Virus record (IMG/VR): IMGVR_UViG_3300030376_006181
Location: 1 to 33,585 of that record
Origin: a virus
Lineage: Duplodnaviria > Caudoviricetes
Length of the DNA stretch: 33,585 bases
Reading direction: 5' to 3' (one strand)
Part shown: positions 24,625-33,585 of the stretch, in pieces
How the letters are laid out: each line of letters starts with the position of its first letter
How positions within the stretch are numbered: the stretch's first letter is position 1
Made by a program: the position numbers and the translations under genes
Notes under the pieces: model-generated
Told to the model about the DNA's origin: nothing
What the model saw: only the letters and a program-made list of their open reading frames with translations
The model's database searches: none

Positions 24625-27600
24625 TATAATATCCCTTTACCACTTTTACCAAATTTCGTTGGAACATCAAGCGCCTTATATAATTCCTCACGAACTTGAG
24701 GGTTTGTTCCAAATATTGGAACTGATTTTACTAGTTCTCTTATTAGCTTTTCTTTTTCCCCATCCGTCATTAAATCTCTTACGCCTTCTAAATAACTAAT
24801 TAATCGGTGAACTATAGGGCCCATTAAGGCTTCTACTGGTCCGGATCCATACTTTTCTGCTCTAGCAGAGTCTAATAACAATTGTATTGGACCAAGAAAA
24901 CCTGTTCTTTCCACCGCTCTAAATATATATTCTAGATCATCTTCGTTTTTTCGACGTGGATTTCCTTTTGCTCCATACTGTATTGCTTCACGTAGTTCAT
25001 TACCAAGAGCAGCGGCTATAACCATAATTGCTCCAACAGCAAAGTACCGTGATCCGTTTTTCATGCCATTGTAAAAACCACTTTGAAAAGTATCTCTAAT
25101 CCATCTTTTTAATACGGTGTTAGAAAATGTTATTTGAAATCCTTTTAATTGTCCGAGAATAGCTAAATGAGGATCAGACATCCACATAGGTCGTTGCGTT
25201 GCACGCGGATTCATTACTACTTCATTGACATATCTAACTCCACCAAGACGAACTTGATTTTGAAAAAAATCTGTAGCTTGATAGGCTTCTTTGTTACCGC
25301 TTTTATATATATCACTATTAACAAAACTAACGGCATCGTTTGGATCAACACCAAGTTCTCTTAACTGTTCTGTTTTATTTTTAAATCTACCTGTTTGTGG
25401 TAGATCTTCTACACGTGCCACTCCTCTTTTTTGCATGTTGCGTGCAAGAAATTGAGCATTACCAAAAATTAATCCTTGCGATGCTTGATAAGCAAGAGAT
25501 CTATTAAACCTTGTAAATTGTGATAAAAAATTTAATCGAAAAAACTTTTCTGTTATTTTATTTGTATCCTGTCCTCCGCCGAATGCATCTGTTTGTCGTT
25601 CGATAACAGAGGCTTCCAATCCAAGACCAATGTTAGCGATTGCTTGATCTACTTCATCACGTGGATATCTAGGAAACACACTACGTATCGCACCTTTTAA
25701 TCCACTAACAATAGACTTTGCAATTGCTTTAGGTCCCGCGCCTCCTCTACCAAGAACCAAGAAAGGTTCACTAAAAGAAGATATAGTTGCAAATGGTAAC
25801 GTTAAAACATACCCGTAAGTAATTAAAGCAGAGTTAAGTTTTCTAAAAAAACTACTTTGAATAGGTCTATATTGTTTTTGTAAGGCTTTACCAACATCAA
25901 TCATTCGTTGTTTTTCTGCTTCTGTCATTGGAACACCAGCGTCTCTTGTTTCAGCGGCTATGTTTGCTAAAGCCGCATCCATAAGCTCTCCTTCTTTTCC
26001 AAAAGTTTTTGCATACTCAACACGACGAATAACAGCGTCTCTATATCGATGCGCTGTGTCGATAACATTTGCATTAATAAAAGGAGCTAGTTTTTCAGTA
26101 GGTATATCTTTTAATTCTCTTTTCTTTTCTATTGGCCCTGCTTTTACAGTAGGTTGCTGTCCAATGTTTGCATCTTTTAAAGCAATAGTAAAACCTTTAT
26201 TGTCTACAATATTATCTCTAATATTTACAGCGGCCTCTCTGCTAAAACCTTCGCTCTGAAGCATTTGAATAAACTGTTCATTAAATTTAGGATTGTTTTG
26301 TAGTTTTTGATATTGATACATTGTTGGGTAGTATCCTTGAACATATCCTGGATCAAAACCTACTTTCTGTCCTTTAAACGTTCCTCCTTTTCCATCATTA
26401 ATATCCAAAACATATTCTGCTTCTCTAGCATATTTAATTATATCATCATAAAATTTACGCAGTTGTAAAGCAGCTTTTCTTACTTTTGGATTAGAAACAG
26501 TGGCTTCATTTATTATTGGTTGATTAACAGCTAACAAAAGCTCCCTGTTTGTTTGTGCCGTAATAGCACCCGTGAAAGGAAAACGAACTGATTTTGAAAC
26601 AATATCAATTGCTTTTTGTAAAGGAACACTAAACTTACCTGCATTTAAAAATATACGTTCATCAATTGTAGCGCCCTGTACTTCTTCTTTAGAGATACGT
26701 GTTTTTTCTCTTCCTTTAGCACCTTCAAATGCTGCCCCTCCATCATAATAAGCCATTTGCTGTCTTACTTTTTTTGCTGTTTCAGATCTCATTGCTAAAT
26801 CATCAAGAGCAGATACAGACTTTCCAACAGTCTTATCAAGAACTTGATCTTTAAACTCACCTAAACCTTTTTTAAATTTATATAATCTAGAAGTAGGAAC
26901 AGGTTCTGTGCCAAGAACATCAATCTCATTTCCTTCTTCGTCTTTAATTGTTTTAAAATATCGTACTTGCGCGGGCCCTCTTCCGTAATAGTTAGAAGAA
27001 AAAGGTTTACCTCCCAATTCATACACACGGCGAACCGTGTCCCGTGCTGGTTTATCCACGTATAAATTTATTTCTGCATCTCTTACTCTTAAGAAATCTT
27101 GTTCATTTTTTATATTTTGTTGTTCTTCCGGCGTTGCTAATTTTTTAAATGTTTTATAATCAGGGTATTTAATAGCGGTTCCTGAGTTATCGGGGAAGTT
27201 ACGAAGACCAGAATCTCCGGCTCTATCTAATATAGGACCTACAGTGCTTGTGATAGCCGAATAAACACCACCACCAAACATACCTTGAATACCTGCATTA
27301 ATAACATCACTTTTAAATTTTTCTCCAGATACTTTACCCCCTGTTACTTTTTCTGCATCTTTAATAAATAATGCTTCTTGTGCACCTTCTGTAGCTCCCT
27401 CTAAAGCTACTGCGGTAGCCATGTTACCTCCTACTTTAAGAACTGTGTCAAAAGCTTTTGACGCTACGTTTTTATCAACGTCAAATGTTTTAGCTATTTC
27501 GTCAACGGCTTTTGTTTTACCTATTCTTTTTAAAGCTGGTTCAAGAGGTCTTAGAATAGGGACAATACTTACAACGTCAAAAGCACCTGCAACTAAACCT

Positions 27601-28223
27601 GTCTTAAGAGCCTGTACAGGATCAGAAAAATCTTCATTGTTTGCTAACTCTTTTTGTTTACGAACAGCTTCACCTGTGTTTACAAAAGAAGAAGGTAAAA
27701 ATCCACCAAGAAGAGTTAACGCTGTCCTGCCAGCAAAAGTTGCTGGTGTAAGACCGGCTAATGCAAAAGCAACTCGTGTTGCTAAGGCGCCCGTTGTTCC
27801 TGGAATTAAAGAGGGTAAAGCCTGACCAATCATATTAGCAACCCAAGGTCCTATATCTTCCGCGTCAGTTACGTCTTCTATGCGAGAAACTTTAGCATTT
27901 CCCACATTAGCTGCTTCAATTCTATTTTTCATTGATACGGAGTCCCCGTATTGTTCTATGTCATCGCTGCCGAACAACTGACCCATAACACTAATTGCAT
28001 CACCGGTAACTGCTTGAAGATTATTAAAACTTCTTTTGACACCTTTACTAAACTCGTTTCCTGGTTCATCGGAAGGTATTATATCGCTCGATATACCTAT
28101 AGATGAAAGAAAATCGTCATCAAATCCTGTGTTTAAATCTATTCCTGAAAGAAGATTATCTTCTGTTTGAGAAGTTGCTCCAGGAAGTTCTACACCTATC
28201 TCTGAAAGAAAATCTTCAGCCAT
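24624..28223 (-). CDS. Large internal virion / DNA ejection protein
   Basis: 1199 aa with Gly/Ala-rich hydrophobic N-terminal segments, an 'EG.TEG.QE' motif and a helical C-terminus; position is typical of podovirus ejection proteins. Confidence 0.7.
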   Translation of the reverse strand: MAEDFLSEIGVELPGATSQTEDNLLSGIDLNTGFDDDFLSSIGISSDIIPSDEPGNEFSKGVKRSFNNLQAVTGDAISVMGQLFGSDDIEQYGDSVSMKNRIEAANVGNAKVSRIEDVTDAEDIGPWVANMIGQALPSLIPGTTGALATRVAFALAGLTPATFAGRTALTLLGGFLPSSFVNTGEAVRKQKELANNEDFSDPVQALKTGLVAGAFDVVSIVPILRPLEPALKRIGKTKAVDEIAKTFDVDKNVASKAFDTVLKVGGNMATAVALEGATEGAQEALFIKDAEKVTGGKVSGEKFKSDVINAGIQGMFGGGVYSAITSTVGPILDRAGDSGLRNFPDNSGTAIKYPDYKTFKKLATPEEQQNIKNEQDFLRVRDAEINLYVDKPARDTVRRVYELGGKPFSSNYYGRGPAQVRYFKTIKDEEGNEIDVLGTEPVPTSRLYKFKKGLGEFKDQVLDKTVGKSVSALDDLAMRSETAKKVRQQMAYYDGGAAFEGAKGREKTRISKEEVQGATIDERIFLNAGKFSVPLQKAIDIVSKSVRFPFTGAITAQTNRELLLAVNQPIINEATVSNPKVRKAALQLRKFYDDIIKYAREAEYVLDINDGKGGTFKGQKVGFDPGYVQGYYPTMYQYQKLQNNPKFNEQFIQMLQSEGFSREAAVNIRDNIVDNKGFTIALKDANIGQQPTVKAGPIEKKRELKDIPTEKLAPFINANVIDTAHRYRDAVIRRVEYAKTFGKEGELMDAALANIAAETRDAGVPMTEAEKQRMIDVGKALQKQYRPIQSSFFRKLNSALITYGYVLTLPFATISSFSEPFLVLGRGGAGPKAIAKSIVSGLKGAIRSVFPRYPRDEVDQAIANIGLGLEASVIERQTDAFGGGQDTNKITEKFFRLNFLSQFTRFNRSLAYQASQGLIFGNAQFLARNMQKRGVARVEDLPQTGRFKNKTEQLRELGVDPNDAVSFVNSDIYKSGNKEAYQATDFFQNQVRLGGVRYVNEVVMNPRATQRPMWMSDPHLAILGQLKGFQITFSNTVLKRWIRDTFQSGFYNGMKNGSRYFAVGAIMVIAAALGNELREAIQYGAKGNPRRKNEDDLEYIFRAVERTGFLGPIQLLLDSARAEKYGSGPVEALMGPIVHRLISYLEGVRDLMTDGEKEKLIRELVKSVPIFGTNPQVREELYKALDVPTKFGKSGKGIL

Positions 28224-30866
28224 TTATAGTATCCCAGAAAAATCTGCCTTTATTCCTTTTTTCTCAAGCTCTGCTTTTATTCTAGCTACAGCAGCTTCTT
28301 TGCTTAAATTAAATTTACTCATGGCCGCACTAACTATAGCGTCTGTTATTGGAAGAGTAGCTCCTTTAAACCCTGTTATTTGATCTTTGCCTGTGTCTTT
28401 AAAACCAAACCACGCAGTAATATCTTGAAGCTCTGGAACTAATGTTTTGTCTACTTCATTAATTGCTTCTAAAGCTAACATGTCACCATCCGGTACTGTC
28501 TCACCCGCATTGTAATACCCGTTTGCTAAAGATTGCATTTTATTTCTAACTGCCGTTATGTATCTCGCATCTAAACTATCTAAGTTTTCAGTGGTTAAAT
28601 TATCAGGGTCTATGGATCTGTTAAAGTTTGTGCTGAGTGTGCTTAATATAGTACCATTTAACAAATCTTTATCTCCTAAATCGTATTTAGTTTGTTTGGT
28701 AATTTTATTACCTGCTTTTATTTCTTCTTTTAATAAATCCATTTTTCCTGAGAGAAGAACTTTAAATATCTCACCACGTAATTTTTGTTGCGCTGCTTTT
28801 GTTTTGTAACGTTCGTTAATTTCATTTTTAACATATTGTCCTGCAGTTTGAATTGCTGCATCAAGAGGTTTGCCTGGAGTTTGCGCTAGTTGTAATCCGT
28901 AGTAAATCATTTTAAGAGCATCCGAGTCGGGGTTTTCAACAGCGCCTAAATTGTATCCTGATTCTTTTAAAGCATTTCCAATGATCTCACTAAATCCTGA
29001 AGACATACTTTCACTGACTACTGCTTTACCCGCACCGTCTGATGTTGCGCCCGCTTCTCCAGTTGCTTCTGCAACTGCCGCCGCATCACTAGCTACTGCA
29101 TCATCTGTTGATATAGTACCAGTAACGTTTTCTTTATTTTCTGAAGCAACAATTTCTTTTTGTTCTTCTTCAACTTTTGAATTAACCTTTTCACCTAATA
29201 TACGAAGCTGATCATTTTTTTCATTCATCAACTTTTGAAATTCTTCTTTTGATATTTCATTGTTTTGATATCGTTGTAAAATAGTATCCATTTCAGTTTT
29301 AATTTTATCTGCATCTGATATTACTTTTTGTTTTTCTGTAAGGCTTGTGTTCTTTACATTGTTCACTGAGTCTTTGACAAAATTTATACTGTTATCAAGA
29401 GCGTCTTTTGTTCCAACTAAAAAATTACTCATAGTAGGATTTTGAGAATATTTATCATAGAGCTTTTGATCTGCTTCACTTAATGACTGATAATTAGAAC
29501 CTAAAATTCTTTTTATATTTTCTACCTCGTCGCCGGCTGCTTTTGTTTTAGTATTAATATCATTTATCATCTTCTGCCATTGAGCGAGCGGATTTCGTAT
29601 GTTTCCTTTTTCGTCTTTATCGATAGAGTCTACTACGCCCTCTACAAGAAATTTACCCAACTCTCCTTCTTTAGACGCTTGTGCAAAACCAGAATCTGCA
29701 AGAGAATCAATTTTAAACGGTGTTGCGCCTGGTCTGATATCAACTCCTGTTATCGTGTTAAAAGCATCATAAAAATCATTAACAGAATCTTCAGAGGGAG
29801 CCATATTTGCAATTACTCCTCTTGTAAAATCAACTGCTTCTTCAAGAGTTTCTCCTCCTACTTTTGCTGCTGTATTTAATGTTATTAAAGCACCATCTAT
29901 TAATTTTTTATTCGTGCTTTTTACACCTTCAGCAAAAGCTTCGGCTCCCGCTTCTGTGTTAAGAGAATCAAATACATCTACAATAGCTTGAGAATCTTCT
30001 TGTATTTTTTCATCAATTGTTTTCCCGTCATCCATAAGACTCGGTGTTCCCATAATTAATGATGCAAAATTAGGAGTTTTAACCTCTGATTTTTCTTCTA
30101 CTGTGCCACCTTCTGTTGTCACTGTTTCAGGAGATCCTTCAATTGCTGCAATGCCATCTTCTGAACCTTCTGAACCTTCTGTTACTTCTGCTCCTTCTCT
30201 TAAAAGAGAATCAATAACAGGTTGTTGTCTTTGACTAGGATCAGATGCCGCTGCTGCCATAATACCTGCAATCTGTTCCTGTGTTCCTTGATCAATTATA
30301 GATTGATATGCGTTGCCTTCAGGAACATTGTCTCCCGTAAATCCCATAGATTGAACTCCTGGAAAACCTGTTTGATCTGCAATACCTAATATGCCTTCTT
30401 TATTATCGGGATAGAACATAAACTTTAGAGGATCGCCGCCATCTTCTCCTGGAAAGAAACCTTTTTCATTCATTAATTTAGTTGCTTCAATCGCTCTTAA
30501 AAAACTCTCTGTATCTGTAGGTTGTCCAGATTGATCAAAACCACCTTGATAGAAATTCATTATCTGTTCTATAGTAGGAACGTACACACCAGATTGTGCC
30601 TTAATAGGCTGTTGAAACATTTTTCTGTTAAGAGGATTGTTTGGTCTTACTGCTCCACCGTCTGCCATCTTACGAGTTTTATAAAAAGACTCTACTTCAT
30701 CAACAAATTTTATTAACTCTTCCTGATATGTTGTATCGTTTTGATCTGCTTTTCGTTGTATAAATTCAATTAGTTTTGGATCGTCGTAAGAAAACTCACC
30801 TTGGCCAAATGTTTTACCTTCTTCTTTTGGATTTATTGTTGATATTATTCCTGTCATACTAACCAA
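28224..30866 (-). CDS. Putative internal virion / ejection protein
   Basis: 880 aa, acidic and low-complexity, with 'MADGG' and 'PL.R.MF' motifs. Confidence 0.65.
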   Translation of the reverse strand: MVSMTGIISTINPKEEGKTFGQGEFSYDDPKLIEFIQRKADQNDTTYQEELIKFVDEVESFYKTRKMADGGAVRPNNPLNRKMFQQPIKAQSGVYVPTIEQIMNFYQGGFDQSGQPTDTESFLRAIEATKLMNEKGFFPGEDGGDPLKFMFYPDNKEGILGIADQTGFPGVQSMGFTGDNVPEGNAYQSIIDQGTQEQIAGIMAAAASDPSQRQQPVIDSLLREGAEVTEGSEGSEDGIAAIEGSPETVTTEGGTVEEKSEVKTPNFASLIMGTPSLMDDGKTIDEKIQEDSQAIVDVFDSLNTEAGAEAFAEGVKSTNKKLIDGALITLNTAAKVGGETLEEAVDFTRGVIANMAPSEDSVNDFYDAFNTITGVDIRPGATPFKIDSLADSGFAQASKEGELGKFLVEGVVDSIDKDEKGNIRNPLAQWQKMINDINTKTKAAGDEVENIKRILGSNYQSLSEADQKLYDKYSQNPTMSNFLVGTKDALDNSINFVKDSVNNVKNTSLTEKQKVISDADKIKTEMDTILQRYQNNEISKEEFQKLMNEKNDQLRILGEKVNSKVEEEQKEIVASENKENVTGTISTDDAVASDAAAVAEATGEAGATSDGAGKAVVSESMSSGFSEIIGNALKESGYNLGAVENPDSDALKMIYYGLQLAQTPGKPLDAAIQTAGQYVKNEINERYKTKAAQQKLRGEIFKVLLSGKMDLLKEEIKAGNKITKQTKYDLGDKDLLNGTILSTLSTNFNRSIDPDNLTTENLDSLDARYITAVRNKMQSLANGYYNAGETVPDGDMLALEAINEVDKTLVPELQDITAWFGFKDTGKDQITGFKGATLPITDAIVSAAMSKFNLSKEAAVARIKAELEKKGIKADFSGIL

Positions 30867-31866
30867 ACAACCTACTTAATCCCAATGCACCAATACCAAG
30901 ACCAGCGATTTGAGATAATGGATTTACAGGAGGCGCTTGATCACCATAAGTAATACTAGAATAACTAGAAGGCTGACCTGTAAGTATATCGCTAGCAAAA
31001 CCAAGTCTAGTGAATGGTTCCATTTCTTGTTGCTCTGCAGTTTTTCTCGCAGCATCAAGACCCGCTTGAGAAATTTGTTGTTGTAGTCCACCAATACCAA
31101 GAAGAGAACTAGCATCTGTTAATCCCGCGCGTTGAAAATCTAATCCAAGACCCGCTTGTCCAGCGCCTAGTGTACCTAATCCTTGACCTAGTTGCCCGAA
31201 CCGTGAACCGATAGCCCCGAGACCTTGTCCGGCCATTAGTTGTCGTTGCTTATCTCTTTGAGCGTTTGCTAAAGCTTGATTGAAACCTGATTGTTGCGCT
31301 TGACCAATTTGTCGTAAAGTTCCTTCATCTATGCCTGCTTCAACAACACCTAAACGTGAACCGCCAAACGCGCCCGCTTGTTGCGCTTTTGAAGCTGCTT
31401 GTGTTTTCATGATGTCACCTTGTCTTTTTATTTCATCAGTGACCGCTGCTTGATATGGATTAAAATACTGACTTATATCTTGCCCTGTAATTCCTGTAGC
31501 GCCCTGACCCAACATCTGTGCACCTTGTGCAAAAAAAGGAGTTCCAGCTAACGCCGCACCGACACCACTTTGTAATGTTCCCTGTGCTTGTTGTAAGAAA
31601 GGAGCAAAGCCTCCCAATCCTTGACGTGTTCTTTGAAAAGCATCTATCTGATCTTGGTTTAGTCCAGCAATGCTGTATTGTGGTACTTGTCTAGAAACAC
31701 CCGCTCTACCAAAACGACGTAAATTAAAATCTTCTAAGCCCTCAGTAAACTCTCCTGTATTAGGGTCTTTTCTTCTCTCTGCGTTTGGATCACCAAATAC
31801 ACTTGCAAGAAGCTGTTCACTTCTCTCTTCTATATAGGGTGCTTGTCTTACGAATGTCTCAGCCAT
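30859..31866 (-). CDS. Putative DNA transfer / ejection protein (Q/G/A-rich)
   Basis: 'Y.NPYQ..V...', 'AGAFGGSR' and a C-terminal hydrophobic Gly-rich tail. Confidence 0.7.
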   Translation of the reverse strand: MAETFVRQAPYIEERSEQLLASVFGDPNAERRKDPNTGEFTEGLEDFNLRRFGRAGVSRQVPQYSIAGLNQDQIDAFQRTRQGLGGFAPFLQQAQGTLQSGVGAALAGTPFFAQGAQMLGQGATGITGQDISQYFNPYQAAVTDEIKRQGDIMKTQAASKAQQAGAFGGSRLGVVEAGIDEGTLRQIGQAQQSGFNQALANAQRDKQRQLMAGQGLGAIGSRFGQLGQGLGTLGAGQAGLGLDFQRAGLTDASSLLGIGGLQQQISQAGLDAARKTAEQQEMEPFTRLGFASDILTGQPSSYSSITYGDQAPPVNPLSQIAGLGIGALGLSRLFG

Positions 31867-33083
31867 TATGCGTTACCTCTTGATTGCGGTGACAGTTTAC
31901 CACCTTTTTCTAAATAATCCATCATTTCATACATAGGCTTCGCACCTCCTGCATTTTTCACAGCCTTTGCTGTAACGACAAATTCACCATTGCTTAAGTA
32001 TGCGGGTATACTATCACTTGTTCCTGTTCCAGGACCGTTTAACATTCCTTGAGCTCTTGGTGCGTTTTCAGGAAAACCACCTTTAGCCAACATAGCAATA
32101 CCTTCCATTTTCTTTAATCCGTTAACTGGTTCGTTCACCATACCACCTTGAGCAACTTGTAAAGGATTAACAATGTTTGATCCAGCAAAATACGAAGGAG
32201 CAAAATTAAGTGATGCTAGTTGTCCAAAATCTCCTGGATAAACATTTGTATCTACATATTCTTCTTCATCTTCTCCGCCCATGAATGCATTGAAAAGTTG
32301 CGGTGCTTGCTGTGCTAACATAAGACCAGCTAACACTCTTGATTTGCTATATCCTTTTGTCGGATCGCCCCCTTCTCTAAAAAGATTTGACACTGTTTCA
32401 AAAATTCCTTTTTTTGTTTCTGGTGTGTTGATTACTTTTCCTGCCGTTTGTCCTAGTTCTGCAGCATTTGAACCGTCAAAAACTTGTTGACTTGTATTTG
32501 TAAATTGAGGTGCTGCTCCTTTAAACAACGTACCTAAACCACCTTCTTGAATACCTTTAAATATAGAACTTCCTAAAGATCTACCACCCGCTTGATTTCC
32601 TAAATTAAATGCTTGCGTTCCTTTACCAAGTCCCGCTAATCCTCCAGCCATAATACCTGACATTAACGCTTGCCTTGGATCTTGTCCTCCTATCAAACCA
32701 CCCGCTGTTCCTGCCGCTCCTACTAATAAAGGACCTGCACCAGGAATAAATGATGCCGCTATAGGTAAAAGAACAGGTGCTGCTTTTTTTATTTTTTTAA
32801 ATAACTTTTTAAGAAAAAATTCTGGTTGACCTGTGACTGGATTAATTGAGTTAAGATTACTACCAACAATATACTCAGCCGGATTAATACCGAGTTTTGC
32901 CATAGAGGAAAACACTTGATCTCGAAGTTCTGGGTTTTTATCAAAAACCTCCATCGGAATGATGGTTTCACCTGTTGCTACATGAGCAATAGTGTCATCT
33001 TCAAAACGTCCTAATTCGCGTAAAGCTCCGACAGCGTCTTGAAAATTAGCCAATCCGCCTTGTTGTAGTTTCAATTTTTTCAT
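31866..33083 (-). CDS. Putative internal virion protein with GPGTGTSDSIPA-LSNGEFV domain
   Basis: 'NP.TG.PEFF.KK.FK' motif, Gly/Ala hydrophobic segment, and a C-terminal motif also familiar from tape-measure proteins. Confidence 0.7.
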   Translation of the reverse strand: MKKLKLQQGGLANFQDAVGALRELGRFEDDTIAHVATGETIIPMEVFDKNPELRDQVFSSMAKLGINPAEYIVGSNLNSINPVTGQPEFFLKKLFKKIKKAAPVLLPIAASFIPGAGPLLVGAAGTAGGLIGGQDPRQALMSGIMAGGLAGLGKGTQAFNLGNQAGGRSLGSSIFKGIQEGGLGTLFKGAAPQFTNTSQQVFDGSNAAELGQTAGKVINTPETKKGIFETVSNLFREGGDPTKGYSKSRVLAGLMLAQQAPQLFNAFMGGEDEEEYVDTNVYPGDFGQLASLNFAPSYFAGSNIVNPLQVAQGGMVNEPVNGLKKMEGIAMLAKGGFPENAPRAQGMLNGPGTGTSDSIPAYLSNGEFVVTAKAVKNAGGAKPMYEMMDYLEKGGKLSPQSRGNA

Positions 33084-33214
33084 TAATCTCCTAATAGTGC
33101 ATCTTATAAATGTAGCAAGAAGGCGAAACTTGAAACTTAAGCCAATTTAATCCTATATTTATAGGCAAATAATTGCTATATGACAATAGATATTTATGCA
33201 AAGAAAGGGAAAGC

Positions 33215-33585
33215 ATGGCTAAAAAGAAACAAGAAGCAGAACAAGTCTTACAGTTTGATACAATAAGACCTTTTGGTCCTACAATAATGAGAGGCAGAAT
33301 GCCTGACTTCATTACTAAAATGCTTGATGATAAAGCAACAGAGATGTTGACTGATAAGAAATTATCTAAAGAGTTTGATCATTCAGGTAACTTAGCAGGT
33401 AATGTTAAACAAGAAGTTCGTTTTCCACAAGACTGGATGAACACCGAAGAGTTTATGCCGATGGTACAACTAATGGGTGAGATGGTTAAGAATTATATTT
33501 CTATACCACCAGCAAGTGAAACAATTAGACCAGAGTTTGTAGGTAAGATGGTCATTGAATCTATGTGGTCCGTGAGCCAATGGGC
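33215..33585 (+). CDS. Probable 2OG-Fe(II) oxygenase-like protein (truncated by window edge)
   Basis: Read manually: MAKKKQEAEQVLQFDTIRPFGPTIM...D.S.NLAGNV..E...IESMWSVSQWA, open to the window end. The 'PFGP', 'LAG' and 'W.V.Q' patterns fit this phage family, but the catalytic residues lie outside the window. Confidence 0.55.
   Translation, partial: MAKKKQEAEQVLQFDTIRPFGPTIMRGRMPDFITKMLDDKATEMLTDKKLSKEFDHSGNLAGNVKQEVRFPQDWMNTEEFMPMVQLMGEMVKNYISIPPASETIRPEFVGKMVIESMWSVSQW

Noticed and set aside
1773-32971. Numerous antisense or nested ORFs in the track (e.g. 3576-3920, 16332-16556, 21595-21969, 27421-27825)
   Set aside because: They are shadow ORFs of long, well-supported genes, with no RBS or recognisable motifs.
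33091-33312. 73-aa minus-strand ORF
   Set aside because: It is antisense to the plus-strand gene starting at 33215 and spans the divergent intergenic region.

Overview
This window is a large part of an AT-rich dsDNA tailed-phage genome, most likely a podovirus-like marine phage of an alphaproteobacterial host. Its gene order resembles, from memory and not from a search, the HTVC023P-/CRP-901-type pelagi-/roseophages. The layout has four blocks. (1) At 1-4915 (minus strand) are the terminase large subunit, portal, small basic proteins and a GTA-type holin. (2) At about 4.9-14.3 kb is a variable early/accessory region with many small ORFs, a Gp88-like Cys-rich protein, a VRR-NUC nuclease, a displaced terminase small subunit, a small HNH, a mini DnaJ-type zinc finger, a GcrA-like protein, DUF6378 and a ribbon-helix-helix protein. 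(3) At 14.3-23.5 kb is a replication module: SNF2 helicase, putative SSB, AEP-type primase, UvrD-type helicase, family A DNA polymerase with Leu at the 762-equivalent position, and an HNH-like endonuclease. (4) At 23.5-33.1 kb (minus strand) are putative internal virion/ejection proteins, followed by the start of a probable 2OG-Fe(II) oxygenase-like gene. No capsid, integrase, RNA polymerase, tRNA or CRISPR array was seen. The most notable features are non-coding. They are a ~540-nt ORF-free, helix-dense element (about 8900-9440) that looks like a large structured RNA, possibly GOLLD-like; a second ~115-nt structured RNA candidate; a repeated intergenic hairpin with a compensatory base-pair change; helically phased CGTTT repeats; and a ~190-bp symmetric origin-like element. 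All product calls come from motif recognition by eye; no database search was run.
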